Counted from the stretch's first letter, positions 50,375-61,749 are shown. The stretch: DNA of 64,000 nucleotides from an uncultured Candidatus Rokubacteria bacterium (GCA_963826115.1 CAWGVS010000005.1:736001-800000), one strand, 5' to 3'. Program-made: numbers and translations. Notes: generated by a model not told the origin, from the sequence alone.

Positions 50375-51012
50375 GCGGACTCCGCGGCTGGTTCTCCGCG
50401 CTTCCCGCGGGGGCCCGCTGGATCCTCCTGGGCATCGTCCTCGTCTTCGTCCTGAGCGTCCTCGCCGGTGGCGTGTGGAGCTGGCTCGGCCATCGCGAGG
50501 AGGTTGCCCAGCGCGCCTTCGCTCCGGTCTTCGCGAACGCGCAGCGGGCGGTCGGCTCCGGTCAGCCCGGGGACCTCGAGGCGGCGGCGACCGCCCTCCG
50601 GCAGTTCCTCGCCGGCCACTCGGGCAAGGCGACCGTCCAGGCCTGGTACGTGCTCGGCCAGGTCGAGTTTCGGCGGGGCCAGTGGGACGCCGCGGCGTCG
50701 GCGTACGCGGAGGCGGCCCGCCGCGACCGCGGCAGCATCGGCGCCCTGAGCCGGCTCGGCCAGGGATACGCGCTCGAGGCCAAGGGGGATCTGGCCCGGG
50801 CCGTCGAGCTGTACCAGCAGGCCCTGGGCGGCCTGGGGCCGAAGGACTTCCTCTACGGCGACCTTCTGCTCGGCAAGGCGCGGGCCCAGGAGCTGGCCAA
50901 GGACTCCACGGGCGCCGTGGCTACCTACAAGCAGTTCCTGAAAGACCTGCCGGCGGCCGACCGCGCGCAGGACGTTCGCATCCGCCTCGCGCTGCTCGGC
51001 AGCGCCGCCTAG
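50371..51012 (+). CDS. TPR protein (YfgM-like)
   Basis: N-terminal TM helix followed by TPR helices. Confidence 0.75.
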   Translation: MSGLRGWFSALPAGARWILLGIVLVFVLSVLAGGVWSWLGHREEVAQRAFAPVFANAQRAVGSGQPGDLEAAATALRQFLAGHSGKATVQAWYVLGQVEFRRGQWDAAASAYAEAARRDRGSIGALSRLGQGYALEAKGDLARAVELYQQALGGLGPKDFLYGDLLLGKARAQELAKDSTGAVATYKQFLKDLPAADRAQDVRIRLALLGSAA

Positions 51013-51285
51013 CGCGCGCGGGCCGACCGAGACCGCCAGGGCGCCAGCCCGCAGGCGGGGATTGCGAGTTCCGGCGGGATCCAGGCGCGGGCGTCGGCCT
51101 GGGTGGCGGTTTCTGGTGAATCTGACAGAATCCTTGTTATCGGACATTAGAGCGCCACGTGTGAGCCAGCGCGATGCCGGGCCCAGGTCACACATACATC
51201 GAGTTGCGGGGTCCTCGCCTTGTGTGCTGCGCTGTGGCTACCGCGCTCCGGTCGCTGGGAGGGTCGGACGGCGCTCGGGAGTCCC

Positions 51286-51558
51286 ATGACGGCCCGGGCG
51301 GGTCGGCTGCTGATCATCAAGACCCTCCGGCGAGACGGCGCTCGGTGGTTGGCAGACGCAGAGTACGGGTCCGGGCCGGACCACCTGGAGCGGGTCGAGC
51401 TGACGGCGACCGCGGCCGGCGTGGAGGTCGCTGTCACGTTCGTGACCGGTCACGGGTATCGCGTGAGACTGACGCTGGTTCAGGCAGACGTCCTGGAGGG
51501 CACCCAGACGGTCGGCGACGGGTACCCGATCGGGCTGCGACTGAATCGGACGCGTTAG
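51286..51558 (+). CDS. Small hypothetical protein
   Basis: SD GGAG; beta-rich, 90 aa. Confidence 0.45.
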   Translation: MTARAGRLLIIKTLRRDGARWLADAEYGSGPDHLERVELTATAAGVEVAVTFVTGHGYRVRLTLVQADVLEGTQTVGDGYPIGLRLNRTR

Positions 51559-51583
51559 AGGACGGCGGGGCGACCGAGGCCCC

Positions 51584-52420
51584 TCAGCCCGGGATCTGCG
51601 CCTCCTCCGGCAGGGATTCCCAGGCCGGCTTCCAGTCAGGTACGCGCCATCCGAGGGGCTCCACGAGGCCGCGGACCTCGTCCGAGAAGGCCCGGCGCAC
51701 CTCGTCGTTGTCGCGACGCTTCAGGCCCAATTCCTGGTAGAGACGGTTCTTCGGGCTTCCCGGGCGTCCGAAGATGTTCATCGTCCGGACGTACCACTTG
51801 TGAAACGTCCGCTCGGCGTCATCCCGGGTGTCCCGTCCGTCCGCGAGGCGCCGGACCCAGAGCTCGCCGTGGCGGATGTGCATCCGCTCTTCCTTGAAGA
51901 TCCCCTCGACGCCCCGCCGCCAGGGCCCGTAGGACGAGTGCCGCACGTCCTCCAGCTGGTGGCCCGCACCGCGATCCATGCAGAAGTTGAACATCACGAA
52001 GTCCGCCCAGGTGTCGATCGGGTAATAGAAGATGTTCACCCGCTTGTCGGCCGACACGCGCGCGGTGCCGATGTCGGCCTCCGAGTCGTCGAGGCGCCGC
52101 GCGAAGCTCTGGTCGTGGGTGCCCACGTGGGCGGCGACGTTGACGCCGAGCTCCCCGAGGAGGTCGTACATGACCTTGGCGTGCCGGGTCTCGTCCTTCA
52201 CGATCTGCGAGACGACCAGCTTCTCCTCGACGCCCGGCGCCTTCATGATCCATGGCACGTAGCCGTAGGCGCCGGCGAGCTCCGAGTCCGCCTGCATGGT
52301 CATGAGGTGGATCAGGTTGTCGCGGTAGGTGGCGCTCATCTCGTCCTGCGCCTCGACGCGCTCGCCCCGCGCGATGCGGGCCATCAGGCGCTCGTGGCGG
52401 GTGTGCTCCTGCTCGCTCAT
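51584..52420 (-). CDS. PaaA-like di-iron ferritin-fold protein (phenylacetyl-CoA epoxidase family)
   Basis: QADSELAG, KAP, KDETRH, VNIFYYP..TWAD, SSYGPW and KEERMH. Confidence 0.85.
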   Translation of the reverse strand: MSEQEHTRHERLMARIARGERVEAQDEMSATYRDNLIHLMTMQADSELAGAYGYVPWIMKAPGVEEKLVVSQIVKDETRHAKVMYDLLGELGVNVAAHVGTHDQSFARRLDDSEADIGTARVSADKRVNIFYYPIDTWADFVMFNFCMDRGAGHQLEDVRHSSYGPWRRGVEGIFKEERMHIRHGELWVRRLADGRDTRDDAERTFHKWYVRTMNIFGRPGSPKNRLYQELGLKRRDNDEVRRAFSDEVRGLVEPLGWRVPDWKPAWESLPEEAQIPG

Positions 52421-52818
52421 GGCTCTCTCCCTCCGCTGACGGCCCGCCCCGGGATCCGCCGGCGCTCGGGCACTGGGTAGCACTGCTCCACCGGGGTCTG
52501 CCGCGCGAGGCCGAGGGCCTCGCGCTGGATGATGAGGTGATGGCGGACGAGCATCGCGTCGTCCCGCAGGCGGTTGCGCGCTTCGGTCTCGGCGCGGACC
52601 CGATCCGGGACGGGCTCCCCGGGCCCGGCGAGGAGCGCGTCGAGGCGACGATCCATCTCGGCGAGGCGGTCGAGGATGTCCTGGAGGCGCTCCCCCGTGC
52701 GACCGAGGGCCTCGGCCTGAGCCTGGCGTATCTCGCGCTCGACGGTGGACAGGCGCTCCGCCCGCTGGATAGCGTCGTTCCCGGCGGCGCGCGCGAGGTC
52801 GTCCCGCCTCAGCTCCAC
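52417..52818 (-). CDS. Helical hypothetical protein (DUF6665-like)
   Basis: EIRQAQAEALGRTGERL...LIIQREALGL...YPVP. Confidence 0.65.
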   Translation of the reverse strand: MELRRDDLARAAGNDAIQRAERLSTVEREIRQAQAEALGRTGERLQDILDRLAEMDRRLDALLAGPGEPVPDRVRAETEARNRLRDDAMLVRHHLIIQREALGLARQTPVEQCYPVPERRRIPGRAVSGGREP

Positions 52819-53960
52819 GCCCGCTCTCCCCTGGCCCGGCGGTACGCGGCGACCAGGCGCTGCGCGATCGCGATCGACGCGAGCGGCGCGACGGCCTCGA
52901 CGGTGCCCGCGGCGAGCTTCTCGCGGAGGTCCGCGTCCGCCAGCATCTGGTCGACGGCGGATGCGAAGACGGCGGGGTCCTCGGGCACGAGGAGCCCGGA
53001 CACGCCGTCGGTGACGACCTCCTCGATGCCGCTCGCCCGGACCGCCACCACCGGGAGGCGGCACGCCATGGCCTCGAGGACGGCCAGCCCCTGGGTCTCC
53101 GTCGTCGACGCGAAGACGAACGCGTCAGCCGCCCGGTAGTACACCGGCAGGCCGTCGGGTGGGCACCCGCCACGGAACTCCACCCGGTCGGCGAGACCCC
53201 GCGCCGAGACCAGGCGGCGTAGCACGTCGGCCCGGGTCCCCCGCCCCACGAGGAGCAGGCGGAGCCTGGGGGCCCGCGCGCGGGCCACCGCGTCGATCAG
53301 GAACTCGAGGTTCTTCTCGCGGTCCAGCCGGCCGACGTAGAGGAGGACGCGCTCGTCCGGATCGAGCCCGAGCAGGCGCCGGGCCCCGCTGCGGTCGCCG
53401 GGCCGAAAGCGCTCGAGGTCCACGCCCGTGGGCAGGACCTCGATCGGGCGCCCGACGCCCTGCGCCCGGAGCCGCCGCGCCACGAACTCCGACGGGGCCA
53501 GCACGAGGTCGGCCGTGTTCGCGAAGCCCGCGCTCCGCCGGATGGCCTGCCGCGCCACCACGTTCCGCGGCAGCGGGACGTAGTGGGCGTACCGGTCGTA
53601 GAGCGTGTGGTACGTGAACACGAGCGGGCGGCGGGCCGCGCGGGCCAGGCGCCGGGCCGAGGCGCCCAGGAGGAACGGGTGTTGCGCGTGGTACACGTCG
53701 AGCTCGAGGGCGCGGAGGCGACGCGTCAGGGCCGGGCCGAGGGGCAGCGGAAGGGCGAAGTCGGGATACGTGGGCGCCGGGACGGCGGGAACCCGGATCA
53801 CCGAGGGGTCGCGGTCGTCCGTCCCGGCCATCCGCGGGGCGACGATCACCGCCTCGTGGCCGAGCGCCGCGAGGCCCCGGCGGATCGTCTCGACGGCGGT
53901 GGGAACGCCCCCGAGCATCGGAAAGTAGTTGTTGGTGAAGAGGCCGACCCGGAGGCGCAC
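52809..53960 (-). CDS. Glycosyltransferase family 4
   Basis: FTNNYFPMLGGV, FTYHTLY, VGRLDREKN and ETQGLAVLEAMA. Confidence 0.92.
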   Translation of the reverse strand: MRLRVGLFTNNYFPMLGGVPTAVETIRRGLAALGHEAVIVAPRMAGTDDRDPSVIRVPAVPAPTYPDFALPLPLGPALTRRLRALELDVYHAQHPFLLGASARRLARAARRPLVFTYHTLYDRYAHYVPLPRNVVARQAIRRSAGFANTADLVLAPSEFVARRLRAQGVGRPIEVLPTGVDLERFRPGDRSGARRLLGLDPDERVLLYVGRLDREKNLEFLIDAVARARAPRLRLLLVGRGTRADVLRRLVSARGLADRVEFRGGCPPDGLPVYYRAADAFVFASTTETQGLAVLEAMACRLPVVAVRASGIEEVVTDGVSGLLVPEDPAVFASAVDQMLADADLREKLAAGTVEAVAPLASIAIAQRLVAAYRRARGERAWS

Positions 53961-53974
53961 GGCCGCGGAACCCG

Positions 53975-54463
53975 CTACATCTTGTACCGGCCGAAATCCT
54001 CCGGCTTCAGGTTCTCGAGCCACTCTTTGAGCTTCTCCTGGTCGTCGGCTTCCTTCGGGGCGGTCTCCACGGACTTGGCCCGGCGCACGACGTCGTCGTC
54101 GACGAAGATCGGGGCTCCGGCCCGGAGCGCGAGCGCGATCGCGTCGGAGGGCCGCGAGTCGACCGTGATCTCTTCCTCGCCCATCCGCAGGTGGATGAGG
54201 GCGAAGAACGTGTTCTCGCGCAGGTCGTTCACGACGATCTTCTCGACCTTCGCGTCGACCGCCTCCAGGACGTTCTTGATGAGATCGTGGGTCATCGGCC
54301 GTGGCGTCGCGACCTTCTCGAGCTCGAGAGCGATCGCGTTGGCTTCGAAGATGCCGACCCAGATGGGCAGCGACCGCTTCTCCTCCTCGTCACGGAGGAT
54401 GATGATGGGCATGTTCGACACGGGATCCAGAGCGAGCCCCCGGACCTTCATCTCGACCCACAT
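53975..54463 (-). CDS. Bifunctional nuclease (DUF151)
   Basis: LPIWVGIFEA, RPMTHDL and DSRPSDAIALA. Confidence 0.93.
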   Translation of the reverse strand: MWVEMKVRGLALDPVSNMPIIILRDEEEKRSLPIWVGIFEANAIALELEKVATPRPMTHDLIKNVLEAVDAKVEKIVVNDLRENTFFALIHLRMGEEEITVDSRPSDAIALALRAGAPIFVDDDVVRRAKSVETAPKEADDQEKLKEWLENLKPEDFGRYKM

Positions 54464-54610
54464 CGGAGCGGCCTCCCTGCGGTGCGTCGGGGATTCGAGA
54501 GCCACGGTAGCATCGGCCTCTGGGGTTGTCAAACCGCCGACGCCGCGCGAGGACGCGCCGCGCGCCCGGCGAGAGGCGTCGCCGAGCGCGCGGCGAATGC
54601 GGAGCGAACG

Positions 54611-56086
54611 TCAGGGGCGCGCGGGTGTCCGGGCGCCCGCCGGCTTCGGGCGCTTGCCGTTCCCGTTCCACACCAGCGGGGGCTTCACGTCGAAGCGGGC
54701 GTCGAGCCGCCGGCGGCGCTCCTTCCACCCGTCCTGGTACTCCAGCTCCTCCTCGGGCAGCGTCGCCGGCTGGCGCACGCCGTGCGCGCTCCGGAACTGC
54801 ACCGCGAGCTCGGACGCCCGGGTGCGGACCCAGTCCCACGGCGTGCCGAGCGCGAACTGGTCGGAGATGGCGCCGATGCGGCCGGAGTTGATGTTGATCG
54901 AGAGCGTCACGCATGAGAGGATCGGCCCCGACCAGTAGGACGTCTGCCAGTTGATCGGCACCGGCAGGATGTGGAGGTTGTGGCTGCCCCGGCAGTCCCC
55001 CGCGACCATCGGGCAGGTCGCCCAGGGGGATGACAGCTCGCCCGGCGCCGGCCAGTCCCCCTGCGCGAGGGCCAGCATCACGGGGTCGTCCTTCCCGCCG
55101 TAGGTGAAGCCCTTCTTGGTCTTGATGTTGTGGAGCCGCTCTGCCGAGACGACGTAACCGAGCTGGGCCGGCTGGTCCTTCTCGTCGCGGCTCCAGATGC
55201 GCGCCACCACAAACCGCGACGAGCGCGTCAGGCCCTCGATGTCGAAGAGGTCCTCGGGCCCGCGGAGCGTGAGGACGCGCTCCTGGAGCCCCTTGGCCAG
55301 CTCCTCCATCTTGCCGTCGAGCGCCTTCTGGTCCCGGGGGTGCGCTCCCGCCTCGACCGCCTGGGCCTTCGTGTCGAGGTCGACGATCTCGAAGAAGTAG
55401 CCGCGCTTCATCCTCGACGACGCGATGACGAGACCGCTGTTGAAACGAGGGTTTAGGTAGGCGCCGGTCGCGAAGTAGTTGAACGCCATCGGCTCGGTCT
55501 TGTCCGCGAACGACACCACCACCGTCTGGGAGGGGTTCTCGGGACGGATCGGCAGCGGAAGGACGACGCTGGCCGGTCCGGCGCCCCGGAGGTTCCCGGT
55601 GAAGGCGTCGGCGATGAGGTCCTGGCCGGGCCCGTAGAGGCCGAGCTCGGCGGCCTTGTTCGCCCCCTCGGTGAGGGCGTCCCACATCAGCTCGTCGATG
55701 ACCTCGTTCGGCACCTTCTCGGTGGTGAGGCCGGTGACCGCGACGTCGTCGCCGGTGTGCGTCACCATGAGCGAGGTGAACATGGGCTCGCCCTGGTACG
55801 AGTTGTTGTCCAGGACGAACTTGGTGATGACGCCCTTGACCTCCTCGGCGGCGACCACGTGGCCCCCCACGCCGCCCACGTCGGCCTTGGTGGCCTTCAC
55901 GAAGCGCTGCACCAGCTCGGGCTTCTTGGCGAAGACGTGGGAGCGGTGGGAGAAGATGTTGGGCGTGTTGGTGGTGATGATCTTCTCGGTAGTGCTCGTC
56001 GGGTATTCTGCGGCGTTGTCCTTGGACTGGTGATAGTCGGCAAGGGGGACCGCACGCCCGTTCTTGGGGCCATACCGCTTCGCCAT
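54611..56086 (-). CDS. fbp: Fructose-1,6-bisphosphate aldolase/phosphatase (class V FBPase), enlarged
   Basis: KADVGGVGGH, GDD, YGPGQDL, ADKTEP and YGGKDDP motifs. Confidence 0.88.
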   Translation of the reverse strand: MAKRYGPKNGRAVPLADYHQSKDNAAEYPTSTTEKIITTNTPNIFSHRSHVFAKKPELVQRFVKATKADVGGVGGHVVAAEEVKGVITKFVLDNNSYQGEPMFTSLMVTHTGDDVAVTGLTTEKVPNEVIDELMWDALTEGANKAAELGLYGPGQDLIADAFTGNLRGAGPASVVLPLPIRPENPSQTVVVSFADKTEPMAFNYFATGAYLNPRFNSGLVIASSRMKRGYFFEIVDLDTKAQAVEAGAHPRDQKALDGKMEELAKGLQERVLTLRGPEDLFDIEGLTRSSRFVVARIWSRDEKDQPAQLGYVVSAERLHNIKTKKGFTYGGKDDPVMLALAQGDWPAPGELSSPWATCPMVAGDCRGSHNLHILPVPINWQTSYWSGPILSCVTLSININSGRIGAISDQFALGTPWDWVRTRASELAVQFRSAHGVRQPATLPEEELEYQDGWKERRRRLDARFDVKPPLVWNGNGKRPKPAGARTPARP

Positions 56087-56151
56087 GTCGTCGCCTCCGT
56101 CGGGATCGAGTGGGTCACGGGCGACGCCGTGCCTGCGCCGCCGCCGCCTCC

Positions 56152-56191
56152 TGCTAGAATGACCGTAGCCTGACCGGTCAGGCGCCGTCAA
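56152..56191. promoter_or_regulatory. Overlapping divergent promoters with 16-bp palindromic operator candidate
   Basis: Plus strand TGCTAGAAT; minus strand TTGACG-18-TACGGT; GCCTGACCGGTCAGGC at 56168-56183. Confidence 0.55.
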
Positions 56192-56232
56192 GACACCACA
56201 TTCACGCACTGAAATTTATTGCAGGAGGCGCG

Positions 56233-57231
56233 ATGCGGCGGGAGCGCGGAGTCCAGCCGGACGAGGTCCGGCAGATGGTCAGGTGCGTGCAGCTCTACTA
56301 CCGCGCGCAGCGCCATCAGAACGAGATCGCCCGCGAGCTCGGGCTCTCGTCGTCGAAGGTCTCCCGGCTCCTCAAGCGGGCGTTTGCCGAGGGCCTGGTA
56401 CGGGTCGAGATCGAGCTGCCGAAGCGGCCGCGCCTCGAGGTGGCCCTCGTCGATCGCTTCCGGCTTCGGGATGCCGTCGTCATCCCGCTCGGCGAGGCGC
56501 GGGAGCTGAAGGAGGACCTGGGCACCGCCGCCGCCCGGTATTTCGAGAAGGTGGCGGCCGACGGCGCCCGGGTCGGCCTGTCGTGTGGCTACACCCTCTA
56601 CCAGCTCATTCGCGCCCTCCGGGAACGGCGGTTCCGCGACCTCCAGCTCTATCCCCTGTCCGGGGAGAGCACGCTCCAGCTGGTCGACCTCTTCCCCAAC
56701 ACGCTGGTGGGGATGATGGCCGCGAAGTACCGCCCGCACGTTCGCGCGTATGCCCTGCCCGTCCAGGTTCTCGGCTCCTTCGCCGCCGCCCAGCGCGAGC
56801 GCCGGCGCCTCCTCCAGAAGGGCGAGGTCCGGCGCATCTACGAGGCGGCGGCGGACGTCGACATCGTGCTGGTCGGGATCGGGATGATCGGGGAGGCGAC
56901 CGCGGGATTCTGCTCGGTGGCCGAGTTCTACGGGGTGAGCGTCCGGCGGCTTCGCGCCCTCGGCGTCGTCGGCGAGATCAACTACCACCCCTTCGACCGG
57001 GACGGAAAGCTGATCGACAGGAAGGAGCTGCGGCCACTGACCCAGCGCGTCCTGGCGGTCCCGCCGAGCCGCCTGCGCGAGCTCTCCGGCCAGTACGGGA
57101 AGCTGGTCGTCGCGGTCGCGGGCGGGGCCGACAAGCACGCGGCCATCCTGGGCGCCATGCGGGGGCGCTTCGCCAACGTGCTGGTCACCGACGAGGAGAC
57201 TGCCGAGGCGCTCCTGGCGGCGACCGGCTAG
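56233..57231 (+). CDS. SorC/DeoR-family sugar-binding transcriptional regulator
   Basis: LYY...QNEIARELGLS..KVSRLL HTH; DIVLVGIG, AGGADK and LVTDE. Confidence 0.92.
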   Translation: MRRERGVQPDEVRQMVRCVQLYYRAQRHQNEIARELGLSSSKVSRLLKRAFAEGLVRVEIELPKRPRLEVALVDRFRLRDAVVIPLGEARELKEDLGTAAARYFEKVAADGARVGLSCGYTLYQLIRALRERRFRDLQLYPLSGESTLQLVDLFPNTLVGMMAAKYRPHVRAYALPVQVLGSFAAAQRERRRLLQKGEVRRIYEAAADVDIVLVGIGMIGEATAGFCSVAEFYGVSVRRLRALGVVGEINYHPFDRDGKLIDRKELRPLTQRVLAVPPSRLRELSGQYGKLVVAVAGGADKHAAILGAMRGRFANVLVTDEETAEALLAATG

Positions 57232-57322
57232 TGCGAGAGGCTGCCATCGAGCCGACCCTGCGGGAAGCCAGGCCCGGGGTCCCGTCGGGAACGCCCCGCC
57301 AGGGCCGGCCCGGAGCCGATCG

Positions 57323-58288
57323 CTAGGTCTCCTCGAAGATTCCCATTCGCCGGAACTTGGCGTAGCGCTGCTGGACGAGCTCGCCCGGCGAGAGCGGGAC
57401 GAGCTCCGCCAGCGCCGCGGCGACCGCGCGCTGCATCGCCTGGGCGGCCGCCGGCCAGTTGCGGTGGGCGCCACCGGGTGGCTCCGGGATGACGCCGTCG
57501 ATCACGCCGAGCTTCAGGAGATCGGGCGCCGTGATGCGAAGCACCTCGGCGGCGTCCTTCGCGCGACTCGCGTCCTCCCACAGGATGGCCGCGCAGCCCT
57601 CGGGGGAAATGACCGAGTAGATCGCGTGCTCGAGCATGAGCACCCGGTCCGCGACCGCGAGCGCCAGCGCCCCGCCGCTCCCTCCCTCCCCCGTCACCAC
57701 CGTGACGATCGGGGTCTCGAAGCCGGCCATCTCCCGGAGGTTCCGCGCGATCGCCTCCGCCTGACCCCGCTCCTCGGCGCCCAGCCCGGGATAGGCGCCC
57801 GGTGTGTCCACGAGCGTCAGGATGGGCTTCCGGAAGCGATCGGCCAGCTGCATGAGGCGGAGCGCCTTCCGGTAGCCCTCGGGGTGCGGCATCCCGAAGT
57901 TGCGGTGGAGCTTGTCCTCGGTGTCACGGCCCTTCTGGTGGCCCACGACGACGATGGAGCGTCCCTCGAACCGGGCGAGGCCTCCCACGATGGCGTGGTC
58001 GTCGCCGTACAGTCGGTCGCCGTGGAGCTCGACGAAGTCCTCGGTGAGGAGCCGGATCAGGTCGAGCGCGTAGGGGCGCCGCGGGTGGCGGGCGAGCTGC
58101 ACCCTTTGCCAGGCGGTCAGCTTGCCGAAGACCTTGCGCTGGAGACGCTGGAGGCGCTCCTCGAGCCGCGCGACCTCGGCGGGGTTGCCCGGCCGGTCCT
58201 CGCGGCGGAGGGCGTCGATGCGGGCCTCGAGCGTGACGAGCGGACGCTCGAAGTCGAGGGCCTTCTCGAGGTCGACCGCCTCGGCCAC
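57323..58288 (-). CDS. accA: Acetyl-CoA carboxylase carboxyltransferase alpha
   Basis: [25 protein letters not shown] and GEGGSGGAL. Confidence 0.97.
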   Translation of the reverse strand: MAEAVDLEKALDFERPLVTLEARIDALRREDRPGNPAEVARLEERLQRLQRKVFGKLTAWQRVQLARHPRRPYALDLIRLLTEDFVELHGDRLYGDDHAIVGGLARFEGRSIVVVGHQKGRDTEDKLHRNFGMPHPEGYRKALRLMQLADRFRKPILTLVDTPGAYPGLGAEERGQAEAIARNLREMAGFETPIVTVVTGEGGSGGALALAVADRVLMLEHAIYSVISPEGCAAILWEDASRAKDAAEVLRITAPDLLKLGVIDGVIPEPPGGAHRNWPAAAQAMQRAVAAALAELVPLSPGELVQQRYAKFRRMGIFEET

Positions 58289-58293
58289 CCGGG

Positions 58294-61200
58294 TCAGGCC
58301 TCGACCGTGACGCTCCCCGGCCCCAGGAGCCCCTCCACGGCCTCGACGAAGGCCGCCGACGGGCGCACGCGCAGGGTCCGGGAGCGGACGTCGACCTCGG
58401 CGCCGTCCACCCGGAGGCGGAGGGCCAGCGGAACGGTCCCCCGGTGCGCCTCGCAGATCGCACGGAGGGCGGCGAGCGGGTCGGGTCCGGAGGCGCTCAG
58501 GACGGACACCCGGCAGGCCCGGGGGAGGGCCGGCGCCTCGCCCCGCTCCTGCTCGGCGGGGAGCGGGCGGATGTCGTCGGCCAGGAGCTTCCGGGCGGTC
58601 GTGGTGCCCTCGACCTTCCCCCGGACCAGGAGCGGCGCGCCGCTCCGGAGGTGCGTCACGCTCTGCTTGAAGAGCTCCGGGAAGATCGTGACCTCGATCG
58701 TCCCCTCGACGTCCTCGATCGTCGCGAACCCCATGCGGTTGCCGTTCTTGGTGTTGATCTCCCGCAGCGCCGAGACGAGGCCACAGAGCAGGACGCGCGC
58801 CCCGTCCTCGACCTGGCCGAGCTGGCCCGTGCCCAGCGCGCCGAGCCGCTGCGCGTGGTCCCAGACCTCGCGGAGCGGGTGTCCCGAGAGGTAGAAGCCC
58901 AGGACCTCCTTCTCGTTGAGGAGGCGCTGCTCCGTGTCCCACTCCGCGACCGAGGCGTCCAGGAGGTCGGGCTCGACCCCCGGGCCGGCCGACGAGCCGC
59001 CCATCAGGTCGAACATCGACACCTGGCCCTGGTCGCGCTCCCGCTGGTGGCGCTGCCCCGCCTCGAACGCGTGGTCGAGGGCGGCCATGAGCCGGGCCCG
59101 CGGCCGCTCCCCGGAGTCGAAGGCGCCGGCCTTGATGAGGCTCTCCACCACCCGCCGGTTCACGAGCTGGAGGTCGAGCCGCCGGCAGAAGTCGGCGAGA
59201 GACACGAAGACGCCGTCCTGCTCGCGCGAGGCGACGATGGCCTCGATCGCCTTCTGCCCGAGGTTCTTGATGGCGCCGAGCCCGAACCGGATCGTCTCCC
59301 CGTCGACCCCGAACGAGAACCGAGAGACGTTGACGTCGGGGGGCAGGACGCCCATGCCCATGGCGCGGCACTCGTCCATGTGCACGACCACCTTGTCGGT
59401 GTTCGCCATCTCGGACGTGAGGAGGGCCGCCATGAACTCCACCGGGTAGTTCGCCTTCAGGTACGCCGTCTGGTACGCGACGATGCCGTAGGCGGTCGCG
59501 TGAGCCTTGTTGAACCCGTAGCCGGCGAACTTCTCCATCAGCTCGAAGACGCGCTCGGCGACCTTCTCCTTGACGCCGCGCCCCTTGGCCCCCTGCAGGA
59601 ACTTGGCGCGCTGGTCGGCCATGAGCGCGGGGATCTTCTTGCCCATCGCCTTCCGGAGGTCGTCGGCCTCGCTCATCGTGAAGCCGGCCATGTCGTTCGC
59701 GATCTTCAGCACCTGCTCCTGGTAGACCATGATTCCGTAGGTCTCCTGGAGGTGCTTCTCCATGACCGGGTGCTCGTACGTCGGCTTCACCTTCCCGTGC
59801 CGGCGGGCCGTGAAGTCGGGGATCATCTCCATCGGGCCGGGCCGGTAGAGCGCCACCATCGCGATCACGTCTTCCAGGCGCTCGGGGCGGAGCAGCCGGA
59901 GGGCGTTCCGCATCCCGGTCGACTCCAGCTGGAACACGCCGAAGGTCCGGGCGTCCGCCAGGAGCTGGTAGGTCTTGGCATCGTCGAACGGCAGCCGCTC
60001 GGGGTCGATCCGGACCCCGCGGCTCTCCTGGATGAGCCGGACCGTGTTGGCGATGACGGTGAGCGTCCGCAGCCCAAGGAAGTCCATCTTGAGAAGGCCG
60101 AGCTTCTCGATGGGGCCCATCGGGTACTGGGTGATGATCTCCTCGCTCTTGGGGTCCCGGTAGAGCGGGACGTGCTCCATGAGCGGCTCGTCGGAGATCA
60201 CGACGCCGGCGGCGTGCTTGCCCGCGTGGCGGGCCAGCCCCTCGAGGCGCTTGGCGGTCTGCCAGAGCTCGGCGACCTCCGGCCGGCTCTTCACCGCTTC
60301 GGCGAGCGGCGGACTCTGCTTGAAGGCGTCGTCCAGTGTGATGTTCAGCGTGTCCGGCACGAGCTTGGCGATCTTGTCGACGTCGCCGAACGGCATCCCG
60401 AGGACGCGCCCGACGTCCCGGATGACGGCCTTCGCCTTGAGCACGTTGAAGGTGATGATCTGGGCGACCCGCTCGCGCCCGTACCGCTGGACGACGTACT
60501 CGATGACCTCGTCCCGGCGGTCGTCCGCGAAGTCGATGTCCATGTCGGGCATGGACTTCCGGCCTGGATTCAAGAATCGCTCGAAGACAAGCCCGTAACG
60601 CATCGGATCGACGGTGGTAATGCCGAGACAGTAGGCCACGAGCGACGCGGCTGCCGAGCCGCGGCCCGGCCCCACCGCGATTCCCCGGTCCTTCGCGTAG
60701 CGGATGAAGTCCCAGACCACCAGGAAGTAGCCGGGGAACTGCATCTGCTGGATGACGCCGAGCTCGTAGTCGAAGCGGGCCAGGATCTCCGCCGTCGGCT
60801 CGGGGTAGTGCCGGCGGAGACCGGTCTCGGCGACCTCCCGGAGGTAGGAGTCGAGGGTCCGGCCGGGCGGCACCTCGTAGCGCGGCAGACGGAACTGGCC
60901 GAAGGTGAGCTCGAGGTCGCACCGCTCGGCGACGGCCAGCGTGTTCGTGCAGGCCTCGGGCAGCTCCGCGAAGACCTTGCGCATCTCCTCGGCCGACTTC
61001 AGGTAGAACTCCTCGGTCGCGAACTTCCACCGGTTGGGGTCGGCGATCTTGGCGCCGGTCTGGAGGCAGAGCAGCACCTCGTGCGCGCGGGCGTCGGCCG
61101 CCTCGAGGTAGTGGGAATCGTTCGTCCCGCAGACCCCCACTCCGAGCGCGCGGGCGATGCGGATGGTGCCGTCCGTGACCCGGATCTGGTCGGCGAGGCC

Positions 61201-61749
61201 GTGCGCCTGGATCTCCGTGAAGTAGTAGTCGCGGCCGAAGACGTCCGCGTACCAGCCCGCGACCTCGAGGGCCTTCCGCTCCTCCCCCGCCAGGAGGAGC
61301 CGCGAGACCTCGGAGTTGAGGCAGCCGGACAGGACGAGCAGCCCGTCGGAGTGCTGGGCGAGGAGCTCCTTGTCCACCCGCGGCTTGTAGTAGAACCCCT
61401 CGAGGTACCCCTTGGAGACGAGCTTGATGAGGTTGTGATAGCCCGTCTCGTTCCGGACCAGCACCGTGACGTGGTTGGCCCCCTCGTACTGCCCGTCGGT
61501 CGGCGCCCGCTCGAACCGGCTACCCGGCGCGACGTACAGCTCGCAGCCGAGGATCGGCTTGATCCCCGCCCCGCGGGCGTGCTGGTAGAAGTCGATGGCG
61601 CCGAAGAGGTTACCGTGGTCGGTCAGTGCGATCGCCGGGAAGCCCAGCGCCGCGGCCCGATCGACCAGCTTCTTCAGGCGCGCCGCGCCGTCGAGGAGGC
61701 TGTACTCCGAGTGAACGTGGAGGTGGACGAAGTCGGCCGAGGCTGCCAC
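58294..61749 (-). CDS. dnaE: DNA polymerase III alpha subunit
   Basis: [18 protein letters not shown] domain, [21 protein letters not shown] and [10 protein letters not shown]. Confidence 0.98.
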   Translation of the reverse strand: MAASADFVHLHVHSEYSLLDGAARLKKLVDRAAALGFPAIALTDHGNLFGAIDFYQHARGAGIKPILGCELYVAPGSRFERAPTDGQYEGANHVTVLVRNETGYHNLIKLVSKGYLEGFYYKPRVDKELLAQHSDGLLVLSGCLNSEVSRLLLAGEERKALEVAGWYADVFGRDYYFTEIQAHGLADQIRVTDGTIRIARALGVGVCGTNDSHYLEAADARAHEVLLCLQTGAKIADPNRWKFATEEFYLKSAEEMRKVFAELPEACTNTLAVAERCDLELTFGQFRLPRYEVPPGRTLDSYLREVAETGLRRHYPEPTAEILARFDYELGVIQQMQFPGYFLVVWDFIRYAKDRGIAVGPGRGSAAASLVAYCLGITTVDPMRYGLVFERFLNPGRKSMPDMDIDFADDRRDEVIEYVVQRYGRERVAQIITFNVLKAKAVIRDVGRVLGMPFGDVDKIAKLVPDTLNITLDDAFKQSPPLAEAVKSRPEVAELWQTAKRLEGLARHAGKHAAGVVISDEPLMEHVPLYRDPKSEEIITQYPMGPIEKLGLLKMDFLGLRTLTVIANTVRLIQESRGVRIDPERLPFDDAKTYQLLADARTFGVFQLESTGMRNALRLLRPERLEDVIAMVALYRPGPMEMIPDFTARRHGKVKPTYEHPVMEKHLQETYGIMVYQEQVLKIANDMAGFTMSEADDLRKAMGKKIPALMADQRAKFLQGAKGRGVKEKVAERVFELMEKFAGYGFNKAHATAYGIVAYQTAYLKANYPVEFMAALLTSEMANTDKVVVHMDECRAMGMGVLPPDVNVSRFSFGVDGETIRFGLGAIKNLGQKAIEAIVASREQDGVFVSLADFCRRLDLQLVNRRVVESLIKAGAFDSGERPRARLMAALDHAFEAGQRHQRERDQGQVSMFDLMGGSSAGPGVEPDLLDASVAEWDTEQRLLNEKEVLGFYLSGHPLREVWDHAQRLGALGTGQLGQVEDGARVLLCGLVSALREINTKNGNRMGFATIEDVEGTIEVTIFPELFKQSVTHLRSGAPLLVRGKVEGTTTARKLLADDIRPLPAEQERGEAPALPRACRVSVLSASGPDPLAALRAICEAHRGTVPLALRLRVDGAEVDVRSRTLRVRPSAAFVEAVEGLLGPGSVTVEA

